Assembly: GCA_035498405.1 (NCBI GenBank)
Contig: DATKAE010000084.1
Span: 90,544-154,543 of the forward strand
Origin: Thermoanaerobaculia bacterium
Lineage (GTDB): Bacteria > Acidobacteriota > Thermoanaerobaculia > UBA5066 > Gp7-AA6
Direction: 5' to 3'
DNA length: 64,000 bases
A program made the translations under genes and the position numbers. Shown here piece after piece: positions 43,502 to 57,062 of this stretch (its first letter is position 1; every line of letters starts with the position of its first letter). The notes beneath the pieces are model-generated. The model was given only the letters and a program-made list of their open reading frames with translations, searched no databases and was not told the origin of the DNA.

Positions 43502-44055
43502 CGGCCGCGCAAGGGTCCCGCCGATCCGCTCTGGTTTCGCTTGCCGTCGGGGTGCTGCTCGGTTTCATTGGCGGCTACTTCGCCGGCGGCGGTGGCCGGC
43601 CGGACGGCGCCGCCGGTGGGGCGGCGCGGCCCGCCGGGGGAACCGACCGGATAGCAGACCTCCGGCGCTCGCTCGAACGAGACCCGGAGAATCCGCGCCT
43701 CTGGACCGCTCTGGGCAACTCGTACTACGACCGCGCGGACTGGGGCCACGCCATCGGGGCTTACGAGAAGGCGCTGCGCAAGGCGGGCAACGACCCGAAC
43801 GTCCTCTCCGATCTCGGCGCCGCTTACCGCAATCGCGGGGAGTTTCGCCGGGCCGTTTCGTCCTTTACGAAGGCCCGCGCCGCCGATCCGGACCACTGGC
43901 AATCGCTCCTGAACCTGGTGCTGGTCTACACCTATGATCTGCGCGATCCGACAGCCGCCCTCCGCGTGTTTCAGGAATTGAAGCGCCGCTACCCCGAGAT
44001 TCCAAACCTGGACCGCCTTGAGAAGCAGATCACCGACCTGAAACCGAAAGCATGA
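43498..44055 (+). CDS. membrane-anchored TPR-repeat protein
   Basis: GTG 43498 overlaps the upstream stop (GTGA). TM segment LVSLAVGVLLGFIGGYFAG. TPR-like WTALGNSYYDRADWGHAIGAYEKALRKAGNDPNVLSDLGAAYRNRGEF. Confidence 0.6.
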   Translation: MTAAQGSRRSALVSLAVGVLLGFIGGYFAGGGGRPDGAAGGAARPAGGTDRIADLRRSLERDPENPRLWTALGNSYYDRADWGHAIGAYEKALRKAGNDPNVLSDLGAAYRNRGEFRRAVSSFTKARAADPDHWQSLLNLVLVYTYDLRDPTAALRVFQELKRRYPEIPNLDRLEKQITDLKPKA

Positions 44056-44058
44056 GTC

Positions 44059-44313
44059 GTGGCGCGCGCCGTCCTCATCCTGCTCTTGGTGTTTCTGGTG
44101 TTGATGATCCTGCGTGCGCTTCGCCAACTCGTGTCCGCGTGGGCAAGCCGCTCGGGAATTGCGCGACGGTCGGCACCGAAGGAAGCGCAGATGCTGCGCG
44201 ATCCGGTCTGCGGAGCCTGGTTCGACCGGCGGCTGGCGGTGAGCGTCCGGCGGGGTAATCAAACGGTGGAGGTCTGCTCGGACGGATGCCGGCGGAGACT
44301 CGAGGCCGGATGA
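44059..44313 (+). CDS. small membrane protein with a TRASH/YHS-like Cys motif
   Basis: 84 aa. N-terminal TM helix. DPVCGAWFD...VCSDGC. Confidence 0.4.
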   Translation: MARAVLILLLVFLVLMILRALRQLVSAWASRSGIARRSAPKEAQMLRDPVCGAWFDRRLAVSVRRGNQTVEVCSDGCRRRLEAG

Positions 44314-45671
44314 GCGAGCTTTTCGACTCGGAGCGGCCGCAGCCGAGCGCCGGGACGCCCGCCCCCGACACACCGCTGGCGGACCGGATGCGTCCGCGCT
44401 CGCTCGACGAGGTGGAAGGGCCCGAGGAGGTGGTGGGCGGTAACGGCTTCCTCCGCCGTGCGATCGCCGAGGACCGGGTGCCGTCCCTCGTGCTCTGGGG
44501 CCCTCCGGGTGTGGGGAAGACCACCCTCGCCCGGCTGATTGCGTCGCAGACCTCGTCGACATTTCTCTCTTATTCGGCGGTGGCCACGGGCGTCAAGGAG
44601 ATGCGGGAGGTCCTGGAGGGCGCCAAGCGTCAGCGGGGCCGGTCAGGCAAGCGCACGATCCTCTTTCTGGACGAGATCCATCGGTTCAACCGCTCGCAGC
44701 AGGACGTCTTCTTGCCATACATGGAGGCGGGCGACATCGTCTTGATCGGCGCCACGACGGAGAACCCGTCCTTCGAGCTGAACGGGGCGTTGCTTTCTCG
44801 CTGCAAGGTCGTCGTTCTCGAGCCCTTGAAGCCCGAGGCCATCGCTCGGATCGTTCGGCGTTCCCTCCAGGACATCTCGCGCGGGCTCGGCGCGCGCGAC
44901 TTCCGCCTGGACGACGAGGCCCTGTCCTTCATCGCTCAGACATCGGGAGGGGATGCCCGCCGCGCCCTGAACCTGCTGGAGGCGGCCGCAGCCGACGCGG
45001 AGGCCGACAAGACCAAGCGCATCCAGGTTTCCCGGCTGCGAGACCTCCTGCAGCGAAAGGTCCTGCTGTACGACAAGGCGGGGGAGGAGCACTACAATCT
45101 GATCTCGGCCCTCCACAAGTCGATGCGCGAGTCGGATCCCGACGCCACGGTGTACTGGCTCGTGCGGATGCTCGAGGCGGGGGAAGACCCCCTCTACGTC
45201 GCGCGCCGGATCGTCCGATTCGCTTCGGAGGACGTCGGATTGGCGGACCCCCGGGCGCTCTCGGTCGCCCTCGACGCGAAGGAGGCGTTCGACTTCCTCG
45301 GCCTTCCCGAGGGGTCGCTCGCCCTCGCGCAGGCGGCCGTGTACTGTGCGCTCGCGCCCAAGTCGAACGCCCTCTACGTGGCCGAGGCGGAGGCAAAGAC
45401 CGACGTCGCCGAGAAGCCGGCGGAGCCGGTTCCTCCGGTGATCCGAAACGCCGTGACGCGGCTCATGAAGGAAGTGGGGTACGGGGCCGGATATCGGTAC
45501 GCCCACGCCGAGCCGGAAGGCGTCGGCGGCATCGAGTGCCTGCCCGAGTCGCTGTCCGGGCGCCGCTACTACCGCCCGCGCGCGGCAGGAGAAGAGGCGG
45601 AGCTCTCCCGGAGGCTCGAGGCGATTCTTCGCAAGCGCCGGGAGAAGTGGGAGCGGGAAGAGAAGAAATGA
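44310..45671 (+). CDS. rarA: replication-associated recombination protein A (RarA/MgsA AAA+ ATPase)
   Basis: PLADRMRPRSLDEV, Walker A GPPGVGKTT, FLDEIHRFN. ATG 44310 overlaps the upstream stop (ATGA). Confidence 0.9.
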   Translation: MSELFDSERPQPSAGTPAPDTPLADRMRPRSLDEVEGPEEVVGGNGFLRRAIAEDRVPSLVLWGPPGVGKTTLARLIASQTSSTFLSYSAVATGVKEMREVLEGAKRQRGRSGKRTILFLDEIHRFNRSQQDVFLPYMEAGDIVLIGATTENPSFELNGALLSRCKVVVLEPLKPEAIARIVRRSLQDISRGLGARDFRLDDEALSFIAQTSGGDARRALNLLEAAAADAEADKTKRIQVSRLRDLLQRKVLLYDKAGEEHYNLISALHKSMRESDPDATVYWLVRMLEAGEDPLYVARRIVRFASEDVGLADPRALSVALDAKEAFDFLGLPEGSLALAQAAVYCALAPKSNALYVAEAEAKTDVAEKPAEPVPPVIRNAVTRLMKEVGYGAGYRYAHAEPEGVGGIECLPESLSGRRYYRPRAAGEEAELSRRLEAILRKRREKWEREEKK

Positions 45672-45674
45672 CAC

Positions 45675-45752
45675 GGGATGCGAGATACGAGATGCGGGAT
45701 CTCGTATCCCGTATCCCGTATCCCGTATCCCGGATCCCGTATCTCGGATCCG
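45675..45752. repeat. heptanucleotide tandem-repeat palindrome between convergent rarA and guaB (probable bidirectional terminator)
   Basis: Four GGGATAC-like heptamers (GGGATGC GAGATAC GAGATGC GGGATCT). These are followed by seven complementary GTATCCC-like heptamers: 4 perfect GTATCCC at 45704..45731, then GGATCCC, GTATCTC, GGATCCG. Confidence 0.8.
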
Positions 45753-45758
45753 TCCCTC

Positions 45759-50041
<4,283 letters not shown>

Positions 50042-50185
50042 TTAGGCCGTAAACACCCTCCGGGCGATAGTTTATTCAAGATTCTTTGGCGAAGGAGAGG
50101 GGTTCGGGGCGAGGGGCGAGGGCTTTAGGGTACTGGACAGCGGGGCTTGGTCCCTCGTGCCTGGCCCCTCACTCCTAGACCCTGC

Positions 50186-51019
50186 TCAACGGCCGTCGAG
50201 AATGTACTCGAGGGGGTTGACCGCCCGATTGGCGAGACGGATCTCGTAGTGCAAGTGCGGTCCCGTGGAGCGCCCGGTCGACCCGACCAGGCCGATCTGG
50301 TCCCCTCGCTTCACCGCCTGCCCCTTTCGGGCCAGGATGACGTCGAGGTGCCCGTAGACCGTCTGGTATCCGGCTGGATGGTCGATCTCGACCACGTTGC
50401 CGTAGTCCCCGGACCAGCCGCTGCGAATCACCGTGCCCGCGGCCGTCGCCAGAACGGGCTCGCGCCAACGCGTGGAAATGTCGACACCTGTGTGGAAGGC
50501 AGGCGAGCCGGTGAACGGATCCGAGCGAGGCCCGAATCCGGAGTTCAGCAGGCCTTGGACCGGCGACACGGTCGGGGTGGAGGCCGTCACGGCCTCGCGC
50601 CGAGCCATCTGGCTTTCCAGGGCGTCCAGGCGCGCCCCGATGGCCTTCTGACGCTCCGGCGAGGTCGGATCGGCCGAGCTCTCGAACGGGCCACCGAGAC
50701 CCGCCTCGCGCGGGAGTCCGGCGACGATCGCCAGACGCCTCGTCCGATCTTCAAACTGCTCGATCTGCCGAGAGGTTTCGGCCAGACGCTGCTCGAGCGT
50801 GTGCGCCGAGGAGCGCAGGCGGGCGTTCTCGGCCATGGCCTCTCGGAATTTCCGATCCTGGCGCGTGGTCGAAAGGTAGGCCCACCCGAAGGCAACGGCA
50901 CAAATCAAGAGCGCCAGGACGCCGGCGCCAACGGCGGCGAGCGCGCGGGTCGAGATGGTGAGCTTGCGGAATCGGGCGCGAGTGTGGGGAACGAAGATGA
51001 TCGTGCTGTACCGGCTCAT
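50186..51019 (-). CDS. M23-family metallopeptidase (membrane-anchored, coiled-coil)
   Basis: HTGVDIS and GPHLHYEIR motifs. ATG 51019 preceded by GAGGAGAG; the ORF track extends to 51049. Confidence 0.85.
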   Translation of the reverse strand: MSRYSTIIFVPHTRARFRKLTISTRALAAVGAGVLALLICAVAFGWAYLSTTRQDRKFREAMAENARLRSSAHTLEQRLAETSRQIEQFEDRTRRLAIVAGLPREAGLGGPFESSADPTSPERQKAIGARLDALESQMARREAVTASTPTVSPVQGLLNSGFGPRSDPFTGSPAFHTGVDISTRWREPVLATAAGTVIRSGWSGDYGNVVEIDHPAGYQTVYGHLDVILARKGQAVKRGDQIGLVGSTGRSTGPHLHYEIRLANRAVNPLEYILDGR

Positions 51020-51124
51020 CCGTCTCTCCTCACCGGGGCCGGGGCGCACCTCTCCCGGTACGCCACAGTGCCGTGTCTTGTCGCCCCGCGCTGCGGGGAT
51101 GCCCGATCGGAGTGCTGAGGCATC

Positions 51125-52681
51125 CTATGGAGCAGCCGAGACCCTGTCAAGCCTGCCCAAAGGGTCAGGGATGGCGCGGACCCGATAGGCGATCGCCTCG
51201 GCGAGGTGAGCGGCGGTGACCCGCTCGCTACCCTCCAGATCCGCGATCGTGCGGCCGACGCGAAGCGCCCGGTGGACGCCCCGAACCGAGAGTGTCAGCC
51301 GGGCGACCGCGGTCTCGATCAAGCGTCTCGCCTTCGCGTCGGGCGCCGCCACGCGCTCGAGGTCTGAGATCGGGAGATCCGCGTTGCGAAATCCCGGAGG
51401 GCCGAGCGCCCGTCGTGCGGCGAGGGCGCGCGCTCGGGTGACACGCTGGCGGATCGCGTCCGAGCCTTCGGGGTCGCCCGGGCGGGCGAGCTCCCGCCAG
51501 GGCACGGCAGGAACGGACACGTGCAGATCGATGCGGTCGATCAAGGGTCCCGATACCTTCCCGGCGTAGCGCCGCTTGGATGCTTCGTCGCAGGCGCAGA
51601 GCCGGTTTGGATCTCCCGCGTAGCCGCAAGGGCATGGGTTCATCGCGGCGACCAGGAGAAAATCGCACGGGAAGACGCAGGCTCCGCCGACGCGAACGAC
51701 CGCGATCCGCCGCTCTTCGAGCGGCTGGCGGATCGCCTCGAGCACATCGCGTCGAAACTCGGGCAGCTCGTCTAAGAACAGGACGCCGCAGTGAGCCAGC
51801 GAGATCTCGCCGGGAGTCGGTCGGATGCCCCCGCCGACGAGCCCGGCAGCGGAGGTTCCGTGGTGGGGCGCGCGAAACGGCGGCGTCTCGACGAGGCCCG
51901 CACCCGCAATCAAATTGCCCGCGGCGGACTGAATCTTCGTGACCTCGATCGCCTCGGAGCGGCAGAGCGGCGGGAGAATCGTCGGAATTCGGCGGGCCAG
52001 CATCGTCTTGCCGGCGCCGGGCGGTCCGACGAGAAGGACATGGTGACCCCCTGCGGCCGCGATCTCGAGGGCCCGCCGCGCCACCGTCTGGCCGCGCACG
52101 TCGGCGAAATCCGCGGCGCCGCCGACGGCACCACCACGGTCGAGCGTGGCGGCCGGGATAGGCGGGACGGGCCGGCTGCCCGAGAGGCACGCGACGGCCT
52201 CGCAGATGGAGCCGACGGCGACGACCTCGAGGCCCTCGACACAGGCGGCTTCGCGGGCGTTGGCCGCGGGAAGGACGACCTGCTGGAAGCCCGCCTCGCG
52301 GGCGGCCCAGGCAAGCGAGAGGGCCCCGCGCACCGGCCGAACCTCGCCCGATAAGCCGAGCTCGCCGATGAAGACGCGGCGTTTCGGTTCGGCGGGCTTC
52401 CAACCGCCGATCGCGAGGAGAGCGACGGCGACAGGGAGATCGAGGGCGGCGCCAACCTTGCGCCATTCCGCTGGCGCGAGGTTTACGGTAATCGAGCCGA
52501 CCGGGAAGGGGAAGCCGCTGTTCTTGAGCGCGGACCGGACGCGCTCGCGCGCCTCGCGGACGGAGGCGTCCGGCAACCCGACGATCGTAAACGAGGGAAG
52601 ACCGTTGCCGACATCGACCTCGACGTCGAGCACCCGGGCGTCGATACCGAGAAGAGCGGCGGAGTGGACACGGGCGAGCAT
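51125..52681 (-). CDS. YifB/ComM-family Mg-chelatase-like AAA+ ATPase
   Basis: MLARVHSAALLGIDARVLDVEVDV N-terminus, Walker A GPPGAGKT, LFLDELPEF. Confidence 0.9.
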   Translation of the reverse strand: MLARVHSAALLGIDARVLDVEVDVGNGLPSFTIVGLPDASVREARERVRSALKNSGFPFPVGSITVNLAPAEWRKVGAALDLPVAVALLAIGGWKPAEPKRRVFIGELGLSGEVRPVRGALSLAWAAREAGFQQVVLPAANAREAACVEGLEVVAVGSICEAVACLSGSRPVPPIPAATLDRGGAVGGAADFADVRGQTVARRALEIAAAGGHHVLLVGPPGAGKTMLARRIPTILPPLCRSEAIEVTKIQSAAGNLIAGAGLVETPPFRAPHHGTSAAGLVGGGIRPTPGEISLAHCGVLFLDELPEFRRDVLEAIRQPLEERRIAVVRVGGACVFPCDFLLVAAMNPCPCGYAGDPNRLCACDEASKRRYAGKVSGPLIDRIDLHVSVPAVPWRELARPGDPEGSDAIRQRVTRARALAARRALGPPGFRNADLPISDLERVAAPDAKARRLIETAVARLTLSVRGVHRALRVGRTIADLEGSERVTAAHLAEAIAYRVRAIPDPLGRLDRVSAAP

Positions 52682-52795
52682 TTGGCCTCCTCGAGGGTCG
52701 AGGAGACGCCTTCGGGGGTGAGGACGTCGGAAGTCTAGGGCGAAAGCCCCGGGGTTTCAAGCGGCGCGACCGGAGGCGCCGGGCAACCGGGTCGC

Positions 52796-54406
52796 TTATC
52801 GAGCCCGCGCGGGAATGACCAGCCGGTCCCCCGGCTTGATGCTCTCCGGAGATTCGAGGCTGTTGGCGGCCATCAGGGAATCGACGGTCGTGCCGGTCCG
52901 CCGCGCAATTCGATAGAGCGTGTCGCCCCCTTTGACGCGGTAGCGGCGTGTCTCGGGAGCGGTCTTTGGCGAGCTGCCCTTGGAAGACCTGGCCGCGACC
53001 TTCATCGGCTCCCGCGCCGGAATGACCAGAACCTCACCTCGGGAAACCTTCGACCAGGGGAAGAGCCCGTTGGAAGCGGCGAGCCGGGAAGCCGAGACGT
53101 GGTAACCGCGCGAGATCGAGGCGAGCGTCTCGCCTCGGCGCACGGTGTGTCGGCGCGATCCGGGCATCGAAGCGGTCGGCGCCGCCTCGAACGCCGCAAC
53201 GGCAGCTTCCCGCGACCCCACGGGGATCTTGAGCTCGTATTCCTCGGCTTGGCGGGGGGTCACTCCGGTTCGCAGCTCCGGGTTCAGCTCCTCGAGCTGC
53301 TCGAGGCTGAGGGTCGGGGCGACGGCGAGGTCCCTCAAGCGAACCGGCCGGTTGAGCTTGACGATCTCATACTGGAGCGGCGGCTCGTACTCGACCTGAA
53401 AGCCGTAGTGCTCCGGATTCTTGATGATCAGTGTGGCCGCAATGACGGCGGGCACGTAGCTCTGGGTCTGTGCGCGCAGCATTCCGGAAGCGGCAAGCTG
53501 CCAGAAGTCGTTCAAGCCCGTGCGCTCCTGGGCGCGCAGGACCTTTCCTTCTCCGGCGTTGTAGGCCGCCAGAGCGAGGAACCAGTCGTGGAAGAGCTCG
53601 TGCAGGTAGGCGAGGTGCTTGGCGGCCGCGCGGGTCGCCTTCTCGGGGTCGTTTCTCTCGTCCACGACTCCGTTGGAGGTCAGGCCGTACTGGCGGCCGG
53701 TGCGAGGCATGAACTGCCAGATGCCGTGAGCCGCGCGGGGAGATCGGGCGCGGGGCAGAAAGGAGGATTCGATCAACGCGACCTGCGCGAGGTCGGTAGG
53801 GATGCCCTCCTCCCGAAAGACCTCTTGAATCATCGGGACGTATCGCCCCGAGCGGGCGAGTCCCCGGGCGATGATGTCGTGCAGCGGGCCCTGGAAGGTC
53901 GCCAATACCTTCAGGACGGCGTCGTTGACGACGATCGGGATGTCGTAGGTGACGCTCGATTGATCGGAGGCGACGGCTTCGCGGGCGCTCGAGATCGCCT
54001 CGGGGCTCGCGGCCAGCGTCTCCGCCAGGGGCAGGTCCGGCCCCGGTGTCTCCTCGCCCGAGGCGAGGTCTTCGGGCGGGGATGCGATGGCTTCGTATCG
54101 GAGGACCCCCTCGTAGATCTCGAGCGAAAAGGCGAGCATTTCCGGCGACGGGGCGGACCAGGAGCCCTCGGGTCGGAGGGTCTCGATCGCGCGGTCGAAC
54201 TGGTCGTGGGCGCAGGCGAAATCGCCCGAGAGTGCCGCCTCGCGGCCGGCGGAGAATTCTTCGGTCGCCTGGCTCATCGCTCTCTGTTCGGGCGAAGGAG
54301 GTGTCTTGGCCTTTTGAGCCGGCGCCGTCGCACAGGCCGCGGCGAGCAGGGCGAGACCGAAAAACAGACAGTCCCTCCCCGTCACTCGAGGGGCTCGATT
54401 GACCAT
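52796..54406 (-). CDS. lytic transglycosylase (SLT domain) with two C-terminal LysM domains (MltD-like)
   Basis: Signal peptide. SLT motif ESSFLPRARSPRAAHGIWQFMP. LysM repeats HTVRRGETLASISRGY and YRVKGGDTLYRIARRTG. Confidence 0.85.
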   Translation of the reverse strand: MVNRAPRVTGRDCLFFGLALLAAACATAPAQKAKTPPSPEQRAMSQATEEFSAGREAALSGDFACAHDQFDRAIETLRPEGSWSAPSPEMLAFSLEIYEGVLRYEAIASPPEDLASGEETPGPDLPLAETLAASPEAISSAREAVASDQSSVTYDIPIVVNDAVLKVLATFQGPLHDIIARGLARSGRYVPMIQEVFREEGIPTDLAQVALIESSFLPRARSPRAAHGIWQFMPRTGRQYGLTSNGVVDERNDPEKATRAAAKHLAYLHELFHDWFLALAAYNAGEGKVLRAQERTGLNDFWQLAASGMLRAQTQSYVPAVIAATLIIKNPEHYGFQVEYEPPLQYEIVKLNRPVRLRDLAVAPTLSLEQLEELNPELRTGVTPRQAEEYELKIPVGSREAAVAAFEAAPTASMPGSRRHTVRRGETLASISRGYHVSASRLAASNGLFPWSKVSRGEVLVIPAREPMKVAARSSKGSSPKTAPETRRYRVKGGDTLYRIARRTGTTVDSLMAANSLESPESIKPGDRLVIPARAR

Positions 54407-54489
54407 GGAAAAAGGTTAACCCCGAGCCCTCAGGGAATCAAAGGCTTTCTGGGACGAGGGGGGTGTCCCTCGGCGAGGACAACGCGGGC

Positions 54490-55833
54490 TTACTTGGCGA
54501 AGATGTGGAACTTAAGCGACAGGAGCAGCTTCTCCAGGTCCGGCCGGGTATGAAGCTCGATCGCGAAGGTCTTCTCTTCACCGACCGGGTTGTGCTCCTG
54601 GTCCTCGATGCGCAGGCCCACCTTGACCTGGTGTCCGCCGGAGAGCTCCTGGCGGGGCACTTGCACCTCGAAGATCCGATTGATCTCCTTGCGGTGATTC
54701 AGGCTCGACGCCAGCAGGTCGTCGATCGAGATCCCCGGACTCTTCTGCTTGGCGGGCCGCTCAGCGACGGGAGCCGCGGTGGCGTCCTTGCGAAGCTTCT
54801 CGAGCTCCGCGAGGATGTCGATGTTCGACCGCACCTTCACGTGCTTGACGTCCTCGACAGAGACCGGTTCGGGCTCGGGCGCCTGCGCGAACGAGACCTC
54901 CGCGATCTCCGGTTCCCCCACGGGGACCTCGGTTTCCGGCAGCGGGGAGTCGAGTGAATTCAACGCATCCTCGAACTCCTGGACCGTCTCGACCGAGGAA
55001 ACGTCGAACCCCCCGGTCTCGCTCGGGGCGGGAGCGGGAGGCGGCGCTTCGATCACCTCTTGGTTGAGCGCGGCGAGCTCTTCCTGGGTCGGCGGGGCGA
55101 AGGCTTCGAGCTCGTCGGGCGTCGACCGCAGCTCCTGGAGAATCTCGGGGATCGCGGCGGCCGTGGGCTCGGGCGGCGGGGGCGGAGCCGTTTTTTCCGC
55201 GATCGTCGCGACCATCGCGGGCCGGGCCGGGCGCTCTTCGCCGAGCATGCGCTTCTTCAAGGACCGCAGCGTGAGCCGCGAGATCGCCTTGAGGGTCTCG
55301 AAGACTCCCTGACCCAGGACCGCGCAGGCCTCGTAGCTCTCGTAGGTGCGGGCGGGGTTGAGGGTCTCTTCGAGCTCGTCGAGCGAAAGGATGCTCGCGA
55401 GGTCTCGCTTGTTGTACTGGAGGACCAACGGCAGCTCTTCGAGCTTGACGCCGATCTCGGCCAGGTTCGAGCGCAGGTTCTGGTAGCTCTCGATGTTGGC
55501 CTCTTTCATCGCCCTCTGCGAGTCGGCGACGAAGACGATGCCATCGACGCCCTTCAAGACGAGCTTGCGGGTCGTGTTGTAGAAGACTTGGCCGGGGACC
55601 GTGTAGAGCTGGACCCGGGTCTTGAAGCCGCCGATGACGCCGACGTCGAGCGGCAGCAGGTCGAAGAAGAGGGTGCGATCGGTCTCGGTTTCCAAGGAGA
55701 CCATCTCACCCCGGGAGCCGGGGGCGGTCCGGCCATAAATGTGGTGCAGGTTGGTGGTCTTCCCGCACAGACCAGGACCGTAGTACACGATCTTGGCCGC
55801 CATCTGCATCGTGGCGTAGTTGAAGAACACCAT
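54490..55833 (-). CDS. MglA-family Ras-like GTPase with a roughly 250-aa C-terminal extension
   Basis: KIVYYGPGLCGKTTNL, TVPGQ and NKRD motifs are near-identical to the MglA pattern. These are followed by a Pro/Glu-rich linker and a C-terminal domain. Confidence 0.8.
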   Translation of the reverse strand: MVFFNYATMQMAAKIVYYGPGLCGKTTNLHHIYGRTAPGSRGEMVSLETETDRTLFFDLLPLDVGVIGGFKTRVQLYTVPGQVFYNTTRKLVLKGVDGIVFVADSQRAMKEANIESYQNLRSNLAEIGVKLEELPLVLQYNKRDLASILSLDELEETLNPARTYESYEACAVLGQGVFETLKAISRLTLRSLKKRMLGEERPARPAMVATIAEKTAPPPPPEPTAAAIPEILQELRSTPDELEAFAPPTQEELAALNQEVIEAPPPAPAPSETGGFDVSSVETVQEFEDALNSLDSPLPETEVPVGEPEIAEVSFAQAPEPEPVSVEDVKHVKVRSNIDILAELEKLRKDATAAPVAERPAKQKSPGISIDDLLASSLNHRKEINRIFEVQVPRQELSGGHQVKVGLRIEDQEHNPVGEEKTFAIELHTRPDLEKLLLSLKFHIFAK

Positions 55834-55927
55834 GACCTGATTATGCGCCCGCGACCCGGGAAATCCCTCGAAATTGTAGCATCGGAGGCCGCCGCGCCCC
55901 GGGCCGAGAGGCCGCGCGCTGCGGCCC

Positions 55928-56800
55928 CTACGGCCTTCTCATCGGTTGCGGCTCGTCGAGAATCGAGCCGATCTCCTCCTCGGCGCCGCGGCCGGCTGTC
56001 GCGAGCAGCGTCTCCCTCGCGAGCCGGCGATAGAGGTCCCAGAAATCGGGGCGGCCGGCCAGGACGGCGCGGTGCGCGCGCACGGTTCGCGCGTCGCGGC
56101 GCGCGACCGGGCCCGTGAAAGTTTCGCGAAGGGGCCGAAGGGCGGCCGCGGCCAGCGCGTCAGAAGCCAGCCGAGCGAGCGCGGGACGCGCCTCCGCCTC
56201 CGGAAGGCCCGCGTCGGCGGCGGCTCTCACCGCGATCGAGAGCAGCGCCATCGAGCCTCCGGCCACGAGCGTCGCCGCCGCGTGATAAAGCGGCTTCGAC
56301 TCGGATGCAATTCGATGCCCGAGGCCTCCGAGCGCGGCCGTCAGCCGCTCGCCGGCTTCGACGGCGTCGGGTTCCCCTTCGATCGCGACGAGGGCATCTC
56401 GCCAGGTCTCCCGAGGATCTCCCGTGAAGGCGCGCAGCGGATGAAGAGACCCGAGGGAGACTCCCTGCCGGGACAGCGGCGCGAGGATCGCGGCCGGCAG
56501 CGCTCCCGAGAGGTGGAAGGCGAACCGGCAATTCGTGCGCCTTGCCAACTCGGCCGCCACGGAGGCAATCCGATCGTCCGGCACGGCGAGAACCAGGAGG
56601 TCGCAGGCGGGATCGACCGTCTCGAGCGACTGAGGCGAGGTTCCGAGCTCCGTCGCCGCAGACGATGCGGTCTCGCGAGTGCGGGCCACGATCCCCGAAA
56701 GTCTTCCGCCCGCGCGGACCCAGGAACGGGCAAGGGCCATGCCCGCTCTTCCCGGGCCGACGAGAAGCAGGGAAGACTGAAGAATGCGGTCCCCGGCCAC
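55928..56800 (-). CDS. Rossmann-fold protein (DUF2520-like, predicted NAD(P)-binding)
   Basis: N-terminal LLLVGPGRAGMALA dinucleotide-binding motif. 290 aa. Confidence 0.55.
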   Translation of the reverse strand: MAGDRILQSSLLLVGPGRAGMALARSWVRAGGRLSGIVARTRETASSAATELGTSPQSLETVDPACDLLVLAVPDDRIASVAAELARRTNCRFAFHLSGALPAAILAPLSRQGVSLGSLHPLRAFTGDPRETWRDALVAIEGEPDAVEAGERLTAALGGLGHRIASESKPLYHAAATLVAGGSMALLSIAVRAAADAGLPEAEARPALARLASDALAAAALRPLRETFTGPVARRDARTVRAHRAVLAGRPDFWDLYRRLARETLLATAGRGAEEEIGSILDEPQPMRRP

Positions 56801-56986
56801 GCGGTCAGTCTATAGGCGCCGGTTCTCGGAAGGCGCGAGCGGGAATTCCACTCCGGCCTCGAGCAGGCCCGCTTCCGTCGTCTGCGGTCCGGTTGGCTCC
56901 GTTTGCTCCCGTGCGGCCGTTCGGTTGCAACCGGCGAGCCTGCCGAGGGTTGGCGGCCCAACCCGGAGGGCGCCGTCCGTTGCCTG

Positions 56987-57015
56987 TTGACTACCCGCCC
57001 CGGGGCCGCTACCGT
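56987..57015 (+). promoter_or_regulatory. candidate promoter of the hrcA-grpE-dnaK-dnaJ operon
   Basis: TTGACT (56987..56992), 17 nt, TACCGT (57010..57015), immediately upstream of the CIRCE element. Confidence 0.35.
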
Positions 57016-57020
57016 GAGTC

Positions 57021-57047
57021 TTGGCACTCGAGGTCCGAGAGTGCCAG
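57021..57047 (+). promoter_or_regulatory. CIRCE operator (HrcA binding site)
   Basis: TTGGCACTC-N9-GAGTGCCAG is a perfect 9-bp inverted repeat matching the CIRCE consensus TTAGCACTC-N9-GAGTGCTAA at 7 of 9 positions in each arm. Confidence 0.85.
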
Positions 57048-57062
57048 AGATCCCGAGAGATC

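Noticed and set aside
45675-45752. The repeat array as a CRISPR or minisatellite locus.
   Set aside because: The units are 7 nt with no spacers, forming a palindrome between convergent genes. No cas genes are nearby. It is not CRISPR-like.
57021-57062. The ORF-track start of hrcA at 57021.
   Set aside because: These codons coincide with the CIRCE inverted repeat. A downstream in-frame GTG at 57063 gives a conventional HrcA N-terminus.
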